From positions 1-42,310 of the forward strand of contig CALMGJ010000002.1 in assembly GCA_937863565.1 (NCBI GenBank): a DNA stretch of 42,310 bases, given 5' to 3'. Source of the DNA: an uncultured bacterium. Its GTDB lineage: Bacteria > AUK180. The position numbers and the translations under genes are program-made. This document shows positions 26,709 to 35,959 of the stretch, piece after piece (the first letter of the stretch is position 1; each line of letters opens with the position of its first letter). A model generated the notes under the pieces. It ran no database searches and was not told the origin of the DNA. It worked only from the letters and a program-made list of their open reading frames with translations.

Positions 26709-29422
26709 ATATCCTCCTTGCTCCAATTCTTTATCTGTTCCGCGCAGTCGCTGCAGAGGCCTTTTTTAAGATCGGTCCTGTAGTTCCAGCAGCGCGTGCA
26801 TTTTTCCCCGGGCGATTTCGTAACTTCGATCCGTGTCTCTTCCTGCATTGAGGGATCGCATAAGGTTGACACACCGGATACGATGAGGAACTCCTTGAGG
26901 TCGAACAGTTCCAGCACATCCTTGAATTCCTCTTTTTTATATTTGATCGTGACGGCGGCATCAAGGGAAAGGCCTATCGCCTTCTCTGCCCTGCGGTTCT
27001 CGAGTTCCTTGAGTACAATGTCACGAAGATCGAATGCCTCTTTGTATTTTTCGTTCCCCTCGCCCCATTCTGCCGGGATATTGAACCATTTATCCAGAAA
27101 GACCGATTCTTTATCTTTATAAAGGAAGCGGAAGGTCTCTTCCGCGGTGAATGAAAGGACGGGGGATATCCTCTGGAGAAGTACGGTGAGTATATAATGC
27201 ATCGCGGTCTGAGCCGATCTTCTTTTCCGGGAGCGCGGCGGATTCATATAGAGCCTGGATTTTATCATGTCGAAATATAGGGCGCTCAATGTCACGGTAA
27301 GGAATTCAATAAGACCGTGATATACTCTGTGATATTCGTATTTATCGTACGCATCATCTATAGAGGCCGCGAAATCATGGAGCGCTTTCATCGCCCATTT
27401 GTCGAGGTTCTCCATTTCGGCGTACGGAACGACGTCCTTTTCGGGATCGAAATCGGCAAGGTTCATCAGTATGAACCGGAGCCTGTTGCGGATGTTCTTG
27501 TAAGCGTCCGTCATCTGATTGAGCACATTGTACGAAAATCTGAAATCCTCTGTGTAGTCGATACTTGCGACCCAGAGCCTCAGGATCTCTGCTCCGTATT
27601 TTTTCACCACTTCAAGGGGCGAGATCACATTGCCGAGCGATTTGGACATCGGACGGCCTGTCTCGTCGAGCGAGAAACCGTGGGTGAGGACCTTCTTGTA
27701 CGGGGCGGCGCCCCTCATGATCACTGAGGGCCACATTGAGGACTGAAACCAGCCCCTGTACTGGTCCGTGCCTTCGAGATACATCTCGCAGGGAACGGAT
27801 TCCTTCATTTTCCCTTCCAGAACGGCAAACCAGGATACGCCGGAATCGAACCATACATCAAGTATGTTCTTGCCCTTGGCTATATCCGCGCTCTTGCATT
27901 TAGGGCATTCAAGTTTGCCGGCGGCAAGTTCATCGAGTTCCCTTACGAACCAGATATCGCTCGATTCTTTCCTGATCCTTTCCACGAGTTGTTCGGTGAA
28001 CGCGGTATCGACGAATTCTTCCCCGCAGCTTTTGCAAATGAGCGAAGGTATGGGGACGCCCCAGCTGCGCTGCCGTGATATGCACCAGTCCGTCCGGTTC
28101 TCGACCATATTGGCGAACCTTACTTCGCCCCACCCCGGTATCCAGCCCGTTTTCGCGGTCGCCTCGAGAACGCTGTTTTTAATATTCTGCTCGAGCGTAT
28201 CTATGAACCACTGGGGAGTCGCCCTGAACACGAGCGGATTATGACATCTCCAGCAGTGCGGATATGAGTGGGTTATCTTCTTCTCTTTTATCAGAAGGCC
28301 TTTGGCGCCGAGTTTTTCGACGATGACCGGATTGGCATGGAATACGCTCTCTCCTTTCATCTCGGCATATTCATCCGTGTATTTTCCCTTATCGTCAACG
28401 GGGGAGAATATTTCGAGACCGTATTTCTTTCCCATCTCGAAGTCTTCCTGGCCGTGGCCGGGCGCCGTGTGGACGCAGCCCGTACCCTGTTCCAGCGTGA
28501 CATGCTCCCCGAGGATCACGGGGCAGTTCTTCTCCAGAAGCGGATGCCTGTATGTCATGCCCTCGAAGGCGGAACCGAGTTTGTCCTCGAGGAGTTCGTA
28601 TTCATTTATCTCCATTTCCGTCATGCTCTGTTTCAGAAGTTCTTTGGCGACGATCCATTCCTCTTTATCCACCCGCACTCGGCTGTAGACGAAATTCGGA
28701 TGGAGCGATACGGCGAGGTTCGCCGGTAGAGTCCAGGGCGTGGTTGTCCAGATCACAATATAGAGGTCCTTGTGCCCGTTAACCTTGAATTTCACGAAAA
28801 TGCTCGGTGAAGTGTGGTCATTGTATTCCACCTCGGCCTCGGCCAGAGCCGTTTCGCAGGACATGCACCAGTGTATCGGTTTTCTGCCTTTATTGATATA
28901 TCCCTTCTTGTATATCTCGGAAAAAGCCTTGAGGATATCGGCCTCGTAGTCGAAGCTCATCGTTTTATACGGGTCATCCCAGTCTCCGAGTATGCCGAGC
29001 CGTTTGAACTCGTCCCGCTGAACACCTATAAATTTCTCCGCGTATTCGCGGCATTTCTTCCTGAATTCTACGAGGTCCTGCGTTTTTTCTTCCTTTCTGA
29101 CCATGAGTTCTATGGGAAGACCGTGGCAGTCCCAACCCGGTACATATGGAGAATGATAACCCCTCATGTAGTGGTATTTGCATACAAAATCCTTGAGTAT
29201 CTTGTTCAGAGCGTGGCCGATGTGTATATGTCCGTTGGCGTAGGGAGGGCCGTCGTGAAGTATCTTGACCTCTCCGTCTTTGTTCTTCTTTAAGATCTTT
29301 TTATAAATATTTTCTTCGTCCCAATATTTAATGAGTTTTGGTTCGTTTTCGGTCAGGTTCGCTTTCATCGAAAAGTCTGTTTTCAGCAAGTTTAAGAACT
29401 TTTCGCCCTCTTTTTCGCTCAT
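26705..29422 (-). CDS. ileS: Isoleucyl-tRNA synthetase (type 1)
   Basis: HDGPPYANG.IHIGH, GWDCHGLP, WTTTPWTLP, DWCISRQR.WG, EGTDQYRGWF, PMSKS, C-terminal CTRCW..C..C zinc finger. Confidence 0.97.
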   Translation of the reverse strand: MSEKEGEKFLNLLKTDFSMKANLTENEPKLIKYWDEENIYKKILKKNKDGEVKILHDGPPYANGHIHIGHALNKILKDFVCKYHYMRGYHSPYVPGWDCHGLPIELMVRKEEKTQDLVEFRKKCREYAEKFIGVQRDEFKRLGILGDWDDPYKTMSFDYEADILKAFSEIYKKGYINKGRKPIHWCMSCETALAEAEVEYNDHTSPSIFVKFKVNGHKDLYIVIWTTTPWTLPANLAVSLHPNFVYSRVRVDKEEWIVAKELLKQSMTEMEINEYELLEDKLGSAFEGMTYRHPLLEKNCPVILGEHVTLEQGTGCVHTAPGHGQEDFEMGKKYGLEIFSPVDDKGKYTDEYAEMKGESVFHANPVIVEKLGAKGLLIKEKKITHSYPHCWRCHNPLVFRATPQWFIDTLEQNIKNSVLEATAKTGWIPGWGEVRFANMVENRTDWCISRQRSWGVPIPSLICKSCGEEFVDTAFTEQLVERIRKESSDIWFVRELDELAAGKLECPKCKSADIAKGKNILDVWFDSGVSWFAVLEGKMKESVPCEMYLEGTDQYRGWFQSSMWPSVIMRGAAPYKKVLTHGFSLDETGRPMSKSLGNVISPLEVVKKYGAEILRLWVASIDYTEDFRFSYNVLNQMTDAYKNIRNRLRFILMNLADFDPEKDVVPYAEMENLDKWAMKALHDFAASIDDAYDKYEYHRVYHGLIEFLTVTLSALYFDMIKSRLYMNPPRSRKRRSAQTAMHYILTVLLQRISPVLSFTAEETFRFLYKDKESVFLDKWFNIPAEWGEGNEKYKEAFDLRDIVLKELENRRAEKAIGLSLDAAVTIKYKKEEFKDVLELFDLKEFLIVSGVSTLCDPSMQEETRIEVTKSPGEKCTRCWNYRTDLKKGLCSDCAEQIKNWSKEDI

Positions 29423-29448
29423 CGTATTCTCCTAAGCTTTTAATCGGA

Positions 29449-29478
29449 TATTATATAATGAAAAGGGAAAAAAATCAA
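29449..29478 (-). promoter_or_regulatory. Putative sigma70 promoter for the ileS operon
   Basis: Minus strand TTGATT-17 nt-TATAAT; AGGAG SD before the ATG. Confidence 0.5.
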
Positions 29479-29506
29479 ATCCCCGAATAGGAGAAAGATC
29501 CGCATG

Positions 29507-30175
29507 TCATTTGAAAGAGGCGCGGTATTTCGAATAGTTCTCTATAAAATATACGGCCGTTAGCACGGCAAGGTATACGATCAGAAAAGCCGCCGGATCG
29601 GGAAATCCGTATTTCAGAACGGGGGATCCCGAGTAAAACGCAATATTGAGGAAGATCACATAAAAACAGTAAAGTCCGGAAAGGGAGAAGAGAAAGGAAA
29701 AAATATTGAAAAGGCCCTTTGCTTTTTTCCCGCCGTAATTATTCGGAACGGAACCGAAATTCCGGAAAAAAAACAATAACCCGCCTTTCTCCCGGGGATA
29801 AAGCGCCGACCGGCCGGAGAGATAGACGAAGTATAGTTCGAAACTGATGATGGAAAGGAGAATTTTGCCCGTAAGCCCGTACCATATTGCCGTTTTGAGA
29901 CCGAAGGCCGTTGCCGCCGCAAGCCAGAGCGGGTTCGCTTCGAGGCCGAGATCGGGAGTGATCCGGACGGTCACGAAGAAATCCCCGAGATGAGCGGCAA
30001 GGTTCAGAAAACCCGCGGCAAGGGCGGGTGTGAGATATCTCCTGCAAAGATCCGTCCTGTTTTTAAAAACGGAAAGAAGAAAAAGCGCGGCCGCGAAAAC
30101 TGCGGCCCATGCGGCAATGCACACCGCATATCCGAGCGCAGGGTATTCTTTGAATAGTCTAGAAAACATCTCCAT
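29507..30175 (-). CDS. Hypothetical integral membrane protein
   Basis: About five hydrophobic segments; D...T..TPDL.LEANPL motif; fills the gap between ileS and the PilB-like gene. Confidence 0.7.
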   Translation of the reverse strand: MEMFSRLFKEYPALGYAVCIAAWAAVFAAALFLLSVFKNRTDLCRRYLTPALAAGFLNLAAHLGDFFVTVRITPDLGLEANPLWLAAATAFGLKTAIWYGLTGKILLSIISFELYFVYLSGRSALYPREKGGLLFFFRNFGSVPNNYGGKKAKGLFNIFSFLFSLSGLYCFYVIFLNIAFYSGSPVLKYGFPDPAAFLIVYLAVLTAVYFIENYSKYRASFK

Positions 30176-30182
30176 ACGGTGA

Positions 30183-30211
30183 ATTATAGCATGGCCTTTT
30201 CATATTTTCAA
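30183..30211 (-). promoter_or_regulatory. Putative sigma70 promoter for the 222-aa membrane protein
   Basis: Minus strand TTGAAA-17 nt-TGcTATAAT, 7 nt before ATG 30175. Confidence 0.55.
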
Positions 30212-30323
30212 ACTGACGGCCGGAACATTCTTTGCGGCGGCACATCTCCGGCTGGAGATCCGCGGTTTCACAAATGCTTGTATTTTTTCTTATTTATGTT
30301 AAAATTAAAAAAACGGAGTGGAT

Positions 30324-31910
30324 ATGGACGGAACAAACGAAAATCTAGGCGATATCCTTCTGAAATACAATCTTATTGAGGAGGATAGTCTTAAAGAAGC
30401 CCAAAAAATCGAAAGCTCGTCCGGCGGCAAACTCGGAGAGATACTTATCGAGAAGGGTTTCATTTCGGAGGACGATCTGTTCTGGGCAATGGGAAATAAA
30501 TTCTCTCTGCCGTACATCAATCTTTCTCTCGGGATGATCGACCTTGAGCTTCTCACGCTCTTCCCCAGGGAAATGCTCCAGAACAATGATTTTCTCCCGC
30601 TCGTCAAGTTCGGGAATGAACTTACCGTTTGCGTAACGGATCCGACAAATGCAAAACTTCTTGCGGGGATCGAGGATATCACGCAGTGCAAGATCAATGT
30701 TTCTCTGTGCTCTTATTCGGATTTCAAGAAGATCAAAGAGCAGGTGATAGCTAAATGGGAAGGTAAGGAGATAAATTACGAAAGGGTGCTCGTCAATTTC
30801 TTCGAGCCGGTGCCCGAATCAACGGTGAACGGGCTTCTCAAGGACGAAAGCATGTCCGCTATGATCCTGTTCATCTTCGATGAGATGGTGAGACACGCGT
30901 CCGACAGTATGACGCTTATAAATTCCGGCCTCGAGATAAGGGTCTTTATGAACTTTAAGGGGCTTAGAACGCTGAAGATGCGCGTACCGGGCTCCGCCTG
31001 GAAGATGATGAAGGAGAAGCTTTTAGAGTTTCAGCGCCTTTCGGGGGGAGAGAATATCGTTATATCCCGCGACATCAACTATGTATTTTCCTACAATACC
31101 GTTTCCGATAACTGTGTTCAGATAAGGAACGTGTACAAACTGACCCGCGTGGCCTCCTTCGAACAGCTTGGTCTTACACATGAACAGAAGATCATGCTCG
31201 ACAACGTGATCCCCTTTAAGAAGGGTCTGTGCGTTTTCTCTTCGAAGGACAAGTCCCTCTCAAGAAAGATCGCCTACAATATCCTGAATTTTCACGAAAG
31301 CCTCAATGTGATCACGGTCAAACTTGATAACAATGTGGTGCTCGAGGGTTTTGACAATATCATCAACTTCGAACAGTATGATGACGCGATCAAGCACGGG
31401 GATTTCGATGTTCTGGTCGCCGACGACAGGGAGATCGGGATGGCCGATCTGGCATATCTTCTTGAGCAGGGCAAACTCGTGCTTCTCATCGCCCACACAT
31501 CCACGAGCAGGGAGTGGATAGATTATTACTACACGCATAAGGAGCTCTATGAAAGGATTCTTCCCCATATCAAGCTTCTCATCACCTCCGTCATTGTCCC
31601 GAAGCTCTGCGATGCCTGTAAAAAGGAGGTGAACTTCTCCCTGATCCCGACCGACATTTTCTCATTTTACAAGGATGTGAAGTTCTACGAAGCCGGTCGG
31701 TGCGAAGAATGCAAGTTTTCGGGGTATGTCGGGTTCAAGGAGTTCAATGAGCTGCTTTATATAGACAATAAAGTTGAATCCCTTCTCAAGGACAGGATGA
31801 ACGCGGAATCGATATTCGCTACTCTGAAAAGCAGCGGTTTCATCGGGATACGGGACCGTCTCTTCGAACTCGCGAAGGGCGGCGAGATCCCCTACTACTT
31901 TTTAATATAG
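30324..31910 (+). CDS. GspE/PilB-family protein with MshEN-like N-terminus and degenerate ATPase motifs
   Basis: LGDILL..NLI / KLGEILIEKGFISE repeats, LTVCVTDP, LG-type linker FEQLGL, AHT box, LCDAC..CEEC..SGY.G zinc motif; no GxxGxGKT. Confidence 0.8.
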   Translation: MDGTNENLGDILLKYNLIEEDSLKEAQKIESSSGGKLGEILIEKGFISEDDLFWAMGNKFSLPYINLSLGMIDLELLTLFPREMLQNNDFLPLVKFGNELTVCVTDPTNAKLLAGIEDITQCKINVSLCSYSDFKKIKEQVIAKWEGKEINYERVLVNFFEPVPESTVNGLLKDESMSAMILFIFDEMVRHASDSMTLINSGLEIRVFMNFKGLRTLKMRVPGSAWKMMKEKLLEFQRLSGGENIVISRDINYVFSYNTVSDNCVQIRNVYKLTRVASFEQLGLTHEQKIMLDNVIPFKKGLCVFSSKDKSLSRKIAYNILNFHESLNVITVKLDNNVVLEGFDNIINFEQYDDAIKHGDFDVLVADDREIGMADLAYLLEQGKLVLLIAHTSTSREWIDYYYTHKELYERILPHIKLLITSVIVPKLCDACKKEVNFSLIPTDIFSFYKDVKFYEAGRCEECKFSGYVGFKEFNELLYIDNKVESLLKDRMNAESIFATLKSSGFIGIRDRLFELAKGGEIPYYFLI

Positions 31911-31920
31911 GAGCGTTCAA

Positions 31921-32997
31921 ATGGAGAATGCCAATTACGGGATAAAGGACCTTCTTTCGGCACTTGTGAAGAACAGCGGATCCGACCTTCATCTTACCGT
32001 CGGGATGCCCCCCACGATCAGAGTGCACGGCGCGCTAATCAAGATGAACCTTCCGCCTCTCACTTCAAGTGAAATTAAAAGGCTTGCCAACGAAGTTCTG
32101 AGCGACAAGCAGAGGGCCGATCTTGAAGAGAATCTGGAACTTGACTGCGCATACGAGATACCGGGACTTTCGCGTTTCAGGGTGAACATCTTCTATTCGC
32201 GGCTTGGGCCGGCGGGTGTTTTCAGAACGATCCCTACAAAGATAAAAACGATGGCTGAACTCAATATGCCGGTGCATCTTGAAGAGCTCGCAATGAAGAA
32301 CCGCGGCCTCGTGCTCGTGACCGGCCCCACGGGAAGCGGCAAATCAACTACGCTCGCCGCGATCATCAATAAGGCCAATCAGTTGAGGAAGGACCATATT
32401 CTCACCATCGAAGACCCGATCGAGTTCGTTCACACGCCGATCAACTGCATCATCAATCAAAGAGAAATAGGAAGCAATACAAGGTCTTTCGCAAACGCGC
32501 TGAGAAGCGCTCTGCGCGAGGACCCGGATATTATCCTCGTGGGAGAAATGCGCGATTATGAAACAATATCGCTTGCCATCACCGCGGCGGAAACGGGACA
32601 CCTCGTTTTCGCCACTCTGCACACTAATTCCGCCGCATCCACTATCGACAGGATCATCGACGTGTTTCCGCCGCATCAGCAGGCGCAGATCAAGACCCAG
32701 CTCGCCGAAACGATACAGGCCGTCATAGCGCAGCAGCTCATCCCGACAAGGGACGGAAAAGGCCGCGTATGCGCACTCGAGATCATGATGGGCACCTATC
32801 CCGTGAGAAGCCTGATCCGTGAAGGTAAGACCTTCCAGCTTGCCACCGTTATGCAGACGAGTACGAAGGAAGGCATGGTGCTTCTTGATCAATCGCTCAA
32901 GGACCTTGTTAAAAAAGGCGTTATCTCTCCAAAAGAGGCCTATCACAGGGCCATAGAGAAGAAAGCTTTTGAAGACCTGATAAAAGCGGGGATCTGA
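31921..32997 (+). CDS. pilT: Type IV pilus retraction ATPase PilT
   Basis: SDLHL, RFRVN, GPTGSGKSTT, TIEDPIE, LREDPDIILVGEMRD, AETGHLVFATLHT, VRSLIRE. Confidence 0.96.
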   Translation: MENANYGIKDLLSALVKNSGSDLHLTVGMPPTIRVHGALIKMNLPPLTSSEIKRLANEVLSDKQRADLEENLELDCAYEIPGLSRFRVNIFYSRLGPAGVFRTIPTKIKTMAELNMPVHLEELAMKNRGLVLVTGPTGSGKSTTLAAIINKANQLRKDHILTIEDPIEFVHTPINCIINQREIGSNTRSFANALRSALREDPDIILVGEMRDYETISLAITAAETGHLVFATLHTNSAASTIDRIIDVFPPHQQAQIKTQLAETIQAVIAQQLIPTRDGKGRVCALEIMMGTYPVRSLIREGKTFQLATVMQTSTKEGMVLLDQSLKDLVKKGVISPKEAYHRAIEKKAFEDLIKAGI

Positions 32998-32998
32998 T

Positions 32999-34837
32999 AT
33001 GTGCGGGATCGTGGGTTATATCGGCGGCTCCAATGCCGTGAACGCTGTTGTTGAAGGGCTCCACAGGCTGGAATACCGCGGATACGACTCCGCAGGCATC
33101 ACCTTTCTGGAAGACCGCGAATTGAAAACGATAAAAGATAAGGGCAGGGTAGCCCATCTTGTGGATATGATCCCGCCTGAAATATTTTCCGAGGTCGCGA
33201 TAGGGCATACGCGATGGGCGACGCACGGGAAACCCTCCCATGAGAATGCGCATCCCCATCACGATTGCGGGGGCACCATATCCGTTGTTCACAACGGCAT
33301 AATAGAGAACTACATCCTGTTGAAAGAACTTCTGATCAAGGAGGGCCATAAATTCGTGTCGGAGACCGATACCGAAGTCATCGCACATCTCATCGAAAAA
33401 TATTATGAGGGGAGTATAGTCCTCGAGCAGGCCGTAAAAATGGCAATAGACTCCCTGGAGGGTACTTACGGGCTTGTAGTGCTTTCCTCGAAGGAACCGG
33501 ATAAGATCATCGCCGCCAGAAGGGCTTCTCCGATCATCCTTGGAGTAGGCGATAAGGAGAATTTCGTCGCCTCGGACGCAACGGCGATCGTAAAGTACAC
33601 AAAAAAGATAATCTACCTCGAAGACGGCGAACTGGCGGTTCTGACAAGGAATGATATCAGGATATTCAATCAGCGCAATATTAAAGTTGATAAAAAAATC
33701 TCTTCGATAACGTGGGACGAAAAACACACGAGCAAGGATGGCTATCCCCATTTCATGCTGAAGGAGATACACGAACAGCCCGGATCTTTTCATAATACTC
33801 TCGCGGGTCATATCGACGCCGAGGAGGGAACGGCGCATCTTGGAGGAATGGATAATCTTTTCCCCGGGAACAGCATACACAGGATCCGCCGCATCGTGAT
33901 CCTCGGATGCGGGACTTCCTGGCATGCCGGGCTTCTCGGCGAATATTACCTCGAGCGCCTGACCGGGATACCCACAGAGGTGGAATATGCCTCCGAGTTC
34001 AGGTACAGGACGCCGTCCATTGATGAGGATACCTTCGTCATCGCCCTTTCACAGTCCGGGGAAACGGCGGATACGATGGCTGCGATCAAAGAAGCAAAGA
34101 ACAGGGGCGCCAAGGTTTTCGGCATCGTGAACGTGATCGGATCATCCGTATCCAGAGAGGTCAATCAGGGCCTTTACATCCATGTGGGCCCCGAGATCGG
34201 CGTAGCCAGCACCAAAGCTTTCCTTTCGCAGGCCGCGGCGCTTTTTTTGATCGCCCTTTATATCGGCAGGAAAAAGATCGTCTCCTACAAGGAGGGCATG
34301 GAGTATATTGCCGAACTCGAAAAACTCGAGGATAAACTCCGGGCCGTTCTTGCCGGAACGGAAAAGAAGGTGAAGGAGCTGGCGGAGAAATACGCCTCTT
34401 ATCCGAGTTTTCTCTATCTCGGAAGAGGGTTGAATTTCCCGATAGCTCTCGAGGGCGCGCTAAAACTCAAGGAGATCTCTTATATTCATGCTGAAGGGTA
34501 TCCCGCAGGCGAGATGAAGCACGGGCCTATCGCGCTCATCGACAAGAACTTCCCCGCGTTCTTTGTCGCGCCCGGTGACGAGATCTTCGAAAAATCCCTT
34601 TCCAATATTCAGGAGATCAAGGCGCGCGACGGGAAGATCATCATTCTTACAGATGAAGGAAGTGTGATCCCGGAAAAACTTGCCGACGATATCATCCGCA
34701 TACCCGCCACCATCGAGGTCTTCTATCCCTTCCTCGAAATAATCCCGTTGCAGCTTTTCGCGTACTATATCGCCGTTAAAAAAGACAGGGATGTGGATAA
34801 GCCGAGGAATCTCGCAAAATCAGTCACCGTTGAATGA
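32999..34837 (+). CDS. glmS: Glutamine--fructose-6-phosphate aminotransferase
   Basis: MCGIVG, LEYRGYDSAG, GHTRWATHG, SQSGETAD, EGALKLKEISY, PRNLAKSVTVE. Confidence 0.98.
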   Translation: MCGIVGYIGGSNAVNAVVEGLHRLEYRGYDSAGITFLEDRELKTIKDKGRVAHLVDMIPPEIFSEVAIGHTRWATHGKPSHENAHPHHDCGGTISVVHNGIIENYILLKELLIKEGHKFVSETDTEVIAHLIEKYYEGSIVLEQAVKMAIDSLEGTYGLVVLSSKEPDKIIAARRASPIILGVGDKENFVASDATAIVKYTKKIIYLEDGELAVLTRNDIRIFNQRNIKVDKKISSITWDEKHTSKDGYPHFMLKEIHEQPGSFHNTLAGHIDAEEGTAHLGGMDNLFPGNSIHRIRRIVILGCGTSWHAGLLGEYYLERLTGIPTEVEYASEFRYRTPSIDEDTFVIALSQSGETADTMAAIKEAKNRGAKVFGIVNVIGSSVSREVNQGLYIHVGPEIGVASTKAFLSQAAALFLIALYIGRKKIVSYKEGMEYIAELEKLEDKLRAVLAGTEKKVKELAEKYASYPSFLYLGRGLNFPIALEGALKLKEISYIHAEGYPAGEMKHGPIALIDKNFPAFFVAPGDEIFEKSLSNIQEIKARDGKIIILTDEGSVIPEKLADDIIRIPATIEVFYPFLEIIPLQLFAYYIAVKKDRDVDKPRNLAKSVTVE

Positions 34838-35487
34838 GCTTCAAGGATACAGCCATTTCGCAGGCCGTTTATATACTTGAAAGGATAGCTTCTCATAAAC
34901 TCAATATTTCCATAGACGGGGACGAGGCCGGTATACGGATATTCCGCGCAGGGACTCCGGCCGTATATGTGCTCTGGCATCACGATATACCGGCCATGAT
35001 CGCGGCGTTCAGGAACAACGGGCTCTATCTTCTGATGAGCATGTCCCGTGACGGACAGAGCCTCAAGTACATGATATCTAAATTCGGCTATCGCTCCGTA
35101 AGGGGTTCTTCTACGCGCGGTTATATCAATGCCCTCCGGGCAGGCATAGATACTATTGAAGATGGCGGTTCGCTTTGCGTGACACCGGACGGACCGAAGG
35201 GGCCGGGAAGGCTCTTCAAGGAAGGTGCCCTCTATTTTTCAAAGATGACCGGCGTCCCGGTCATCCCGGGAGCCGCAGCCGTTGAGCATAAGATCGTTTT
35301 CAATTCATGGGACCGTATGGAGCTTCCCCTGCCGTATTCCCTTGTGAACATTTGGGCGGGAAACCCTATTTACTATGACGGGAATATCTCTTCCGAAGAG
35401 AATGTGAAGAAGGCATCGGACGCTCTTTTAGAAGCAGAGAAAAAAGCGGAAGAAGCGCTCAGAAGAAGAGTGCTTTCACTCCGATGA
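34834..35487 (+). CDS. DUF374/lysophospholipid acyltransferase-family protein (LpxJ-like)
   Basis: LWH, S.SRDG, FGY..VRGSS.RG, TPDGPKGP, SWDR..LP.P. Confidence 0.85.
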   Translation: MSFKDTAISQAVYILERIASHKLNISIDGDEAGIRIFRAGTPAVYVLWHHDIPAMIAAFRNNGLYLLMSMSRDGQSLKYMISKFGYRSVRGSSTRGYINALRAGIDTIEDGGSLCVTPDGPKGPGRLFKEGALYFSKMTGVPVIPGAAAVEHKIVFNSWDRMELPLPYSLVNIWAGNPIYYDGNISSEENVKKASDALLEAEKKAEEALRRRVLSLR

Positions 35488-35959
35488 AAATTATAATGAA
35501 CGCAAAAACAAGTTTTGTCATTACGGAGAGCATCCTCCCCGCAAGCGCCCCCATGCCGGCGCGTCCCGAATCCGCGGCATTCTTCCTGTAGAACAGGAAT
35601 TCACCCAGAAAACATCCGGCAAAAGTACCGAGAAATACACCCATCAAACCTCCGATCACCGGTATGAGAGGCGTGAAGACCGCGCCGAACGCGAGCGCAA
35701 AAACAAACGAGAGGATGATGCTGAGTTTCGAGGCCTTGGCTTTTTTAGCTCCGAGTATGCCGAACACGATATCGAGAAGTTCGGAAACAGCGGATAACCC
35801 GGCGCTTATCAGAACGGCGCTTAGCGGGAATTCTCCGCGGGAAAGAATATAGGCCAGAAGATTCGCTCCGGTGATCACCCACAGTCCGGAAAGCCCCGGC
35901 ACTATCAGGATGAACCCGAGAACGTACAGGACCGCTGTTAGTATCTTAACGAATATCAA
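35459..35959 (-). CDS. DUF456-family membrane protein
   Basis: PGL.G.W, E.LD...G..GAKK..AS, IPVIG...G.F.G.F.GE. Confidence 0.8.
   Translation of the reverse strand: MIFVKILTAVLYVLGFILIVPGLSGLWVITGANLLAYILSRGEFPLSAVLISAGLSAVSELLDIVFGILGAKKAKASKLSIILSFVFALAFGAVFTPLIPVIGGLMGVFLGTFAGCFLGEFLFYRKNAADSGRAGMGALAGRMLSVMTKLVFAFIIIFIGVKALFF

Noticed and set aside
29423-29506. T-box leader for ileS
   Set aside because: The intergenic space is only ~84 nt with a promoter close to the start; no T-box sequence seen.
32940-33000. glmS ribozyme upstream of glmS
   Set aside because: glmS starts 1 nt after the pilT stop, leaving no leader.
32921-33925. 334-aa minus-strand ORF
   Set aside because: Antisense shadow of the highly conserved glmS.
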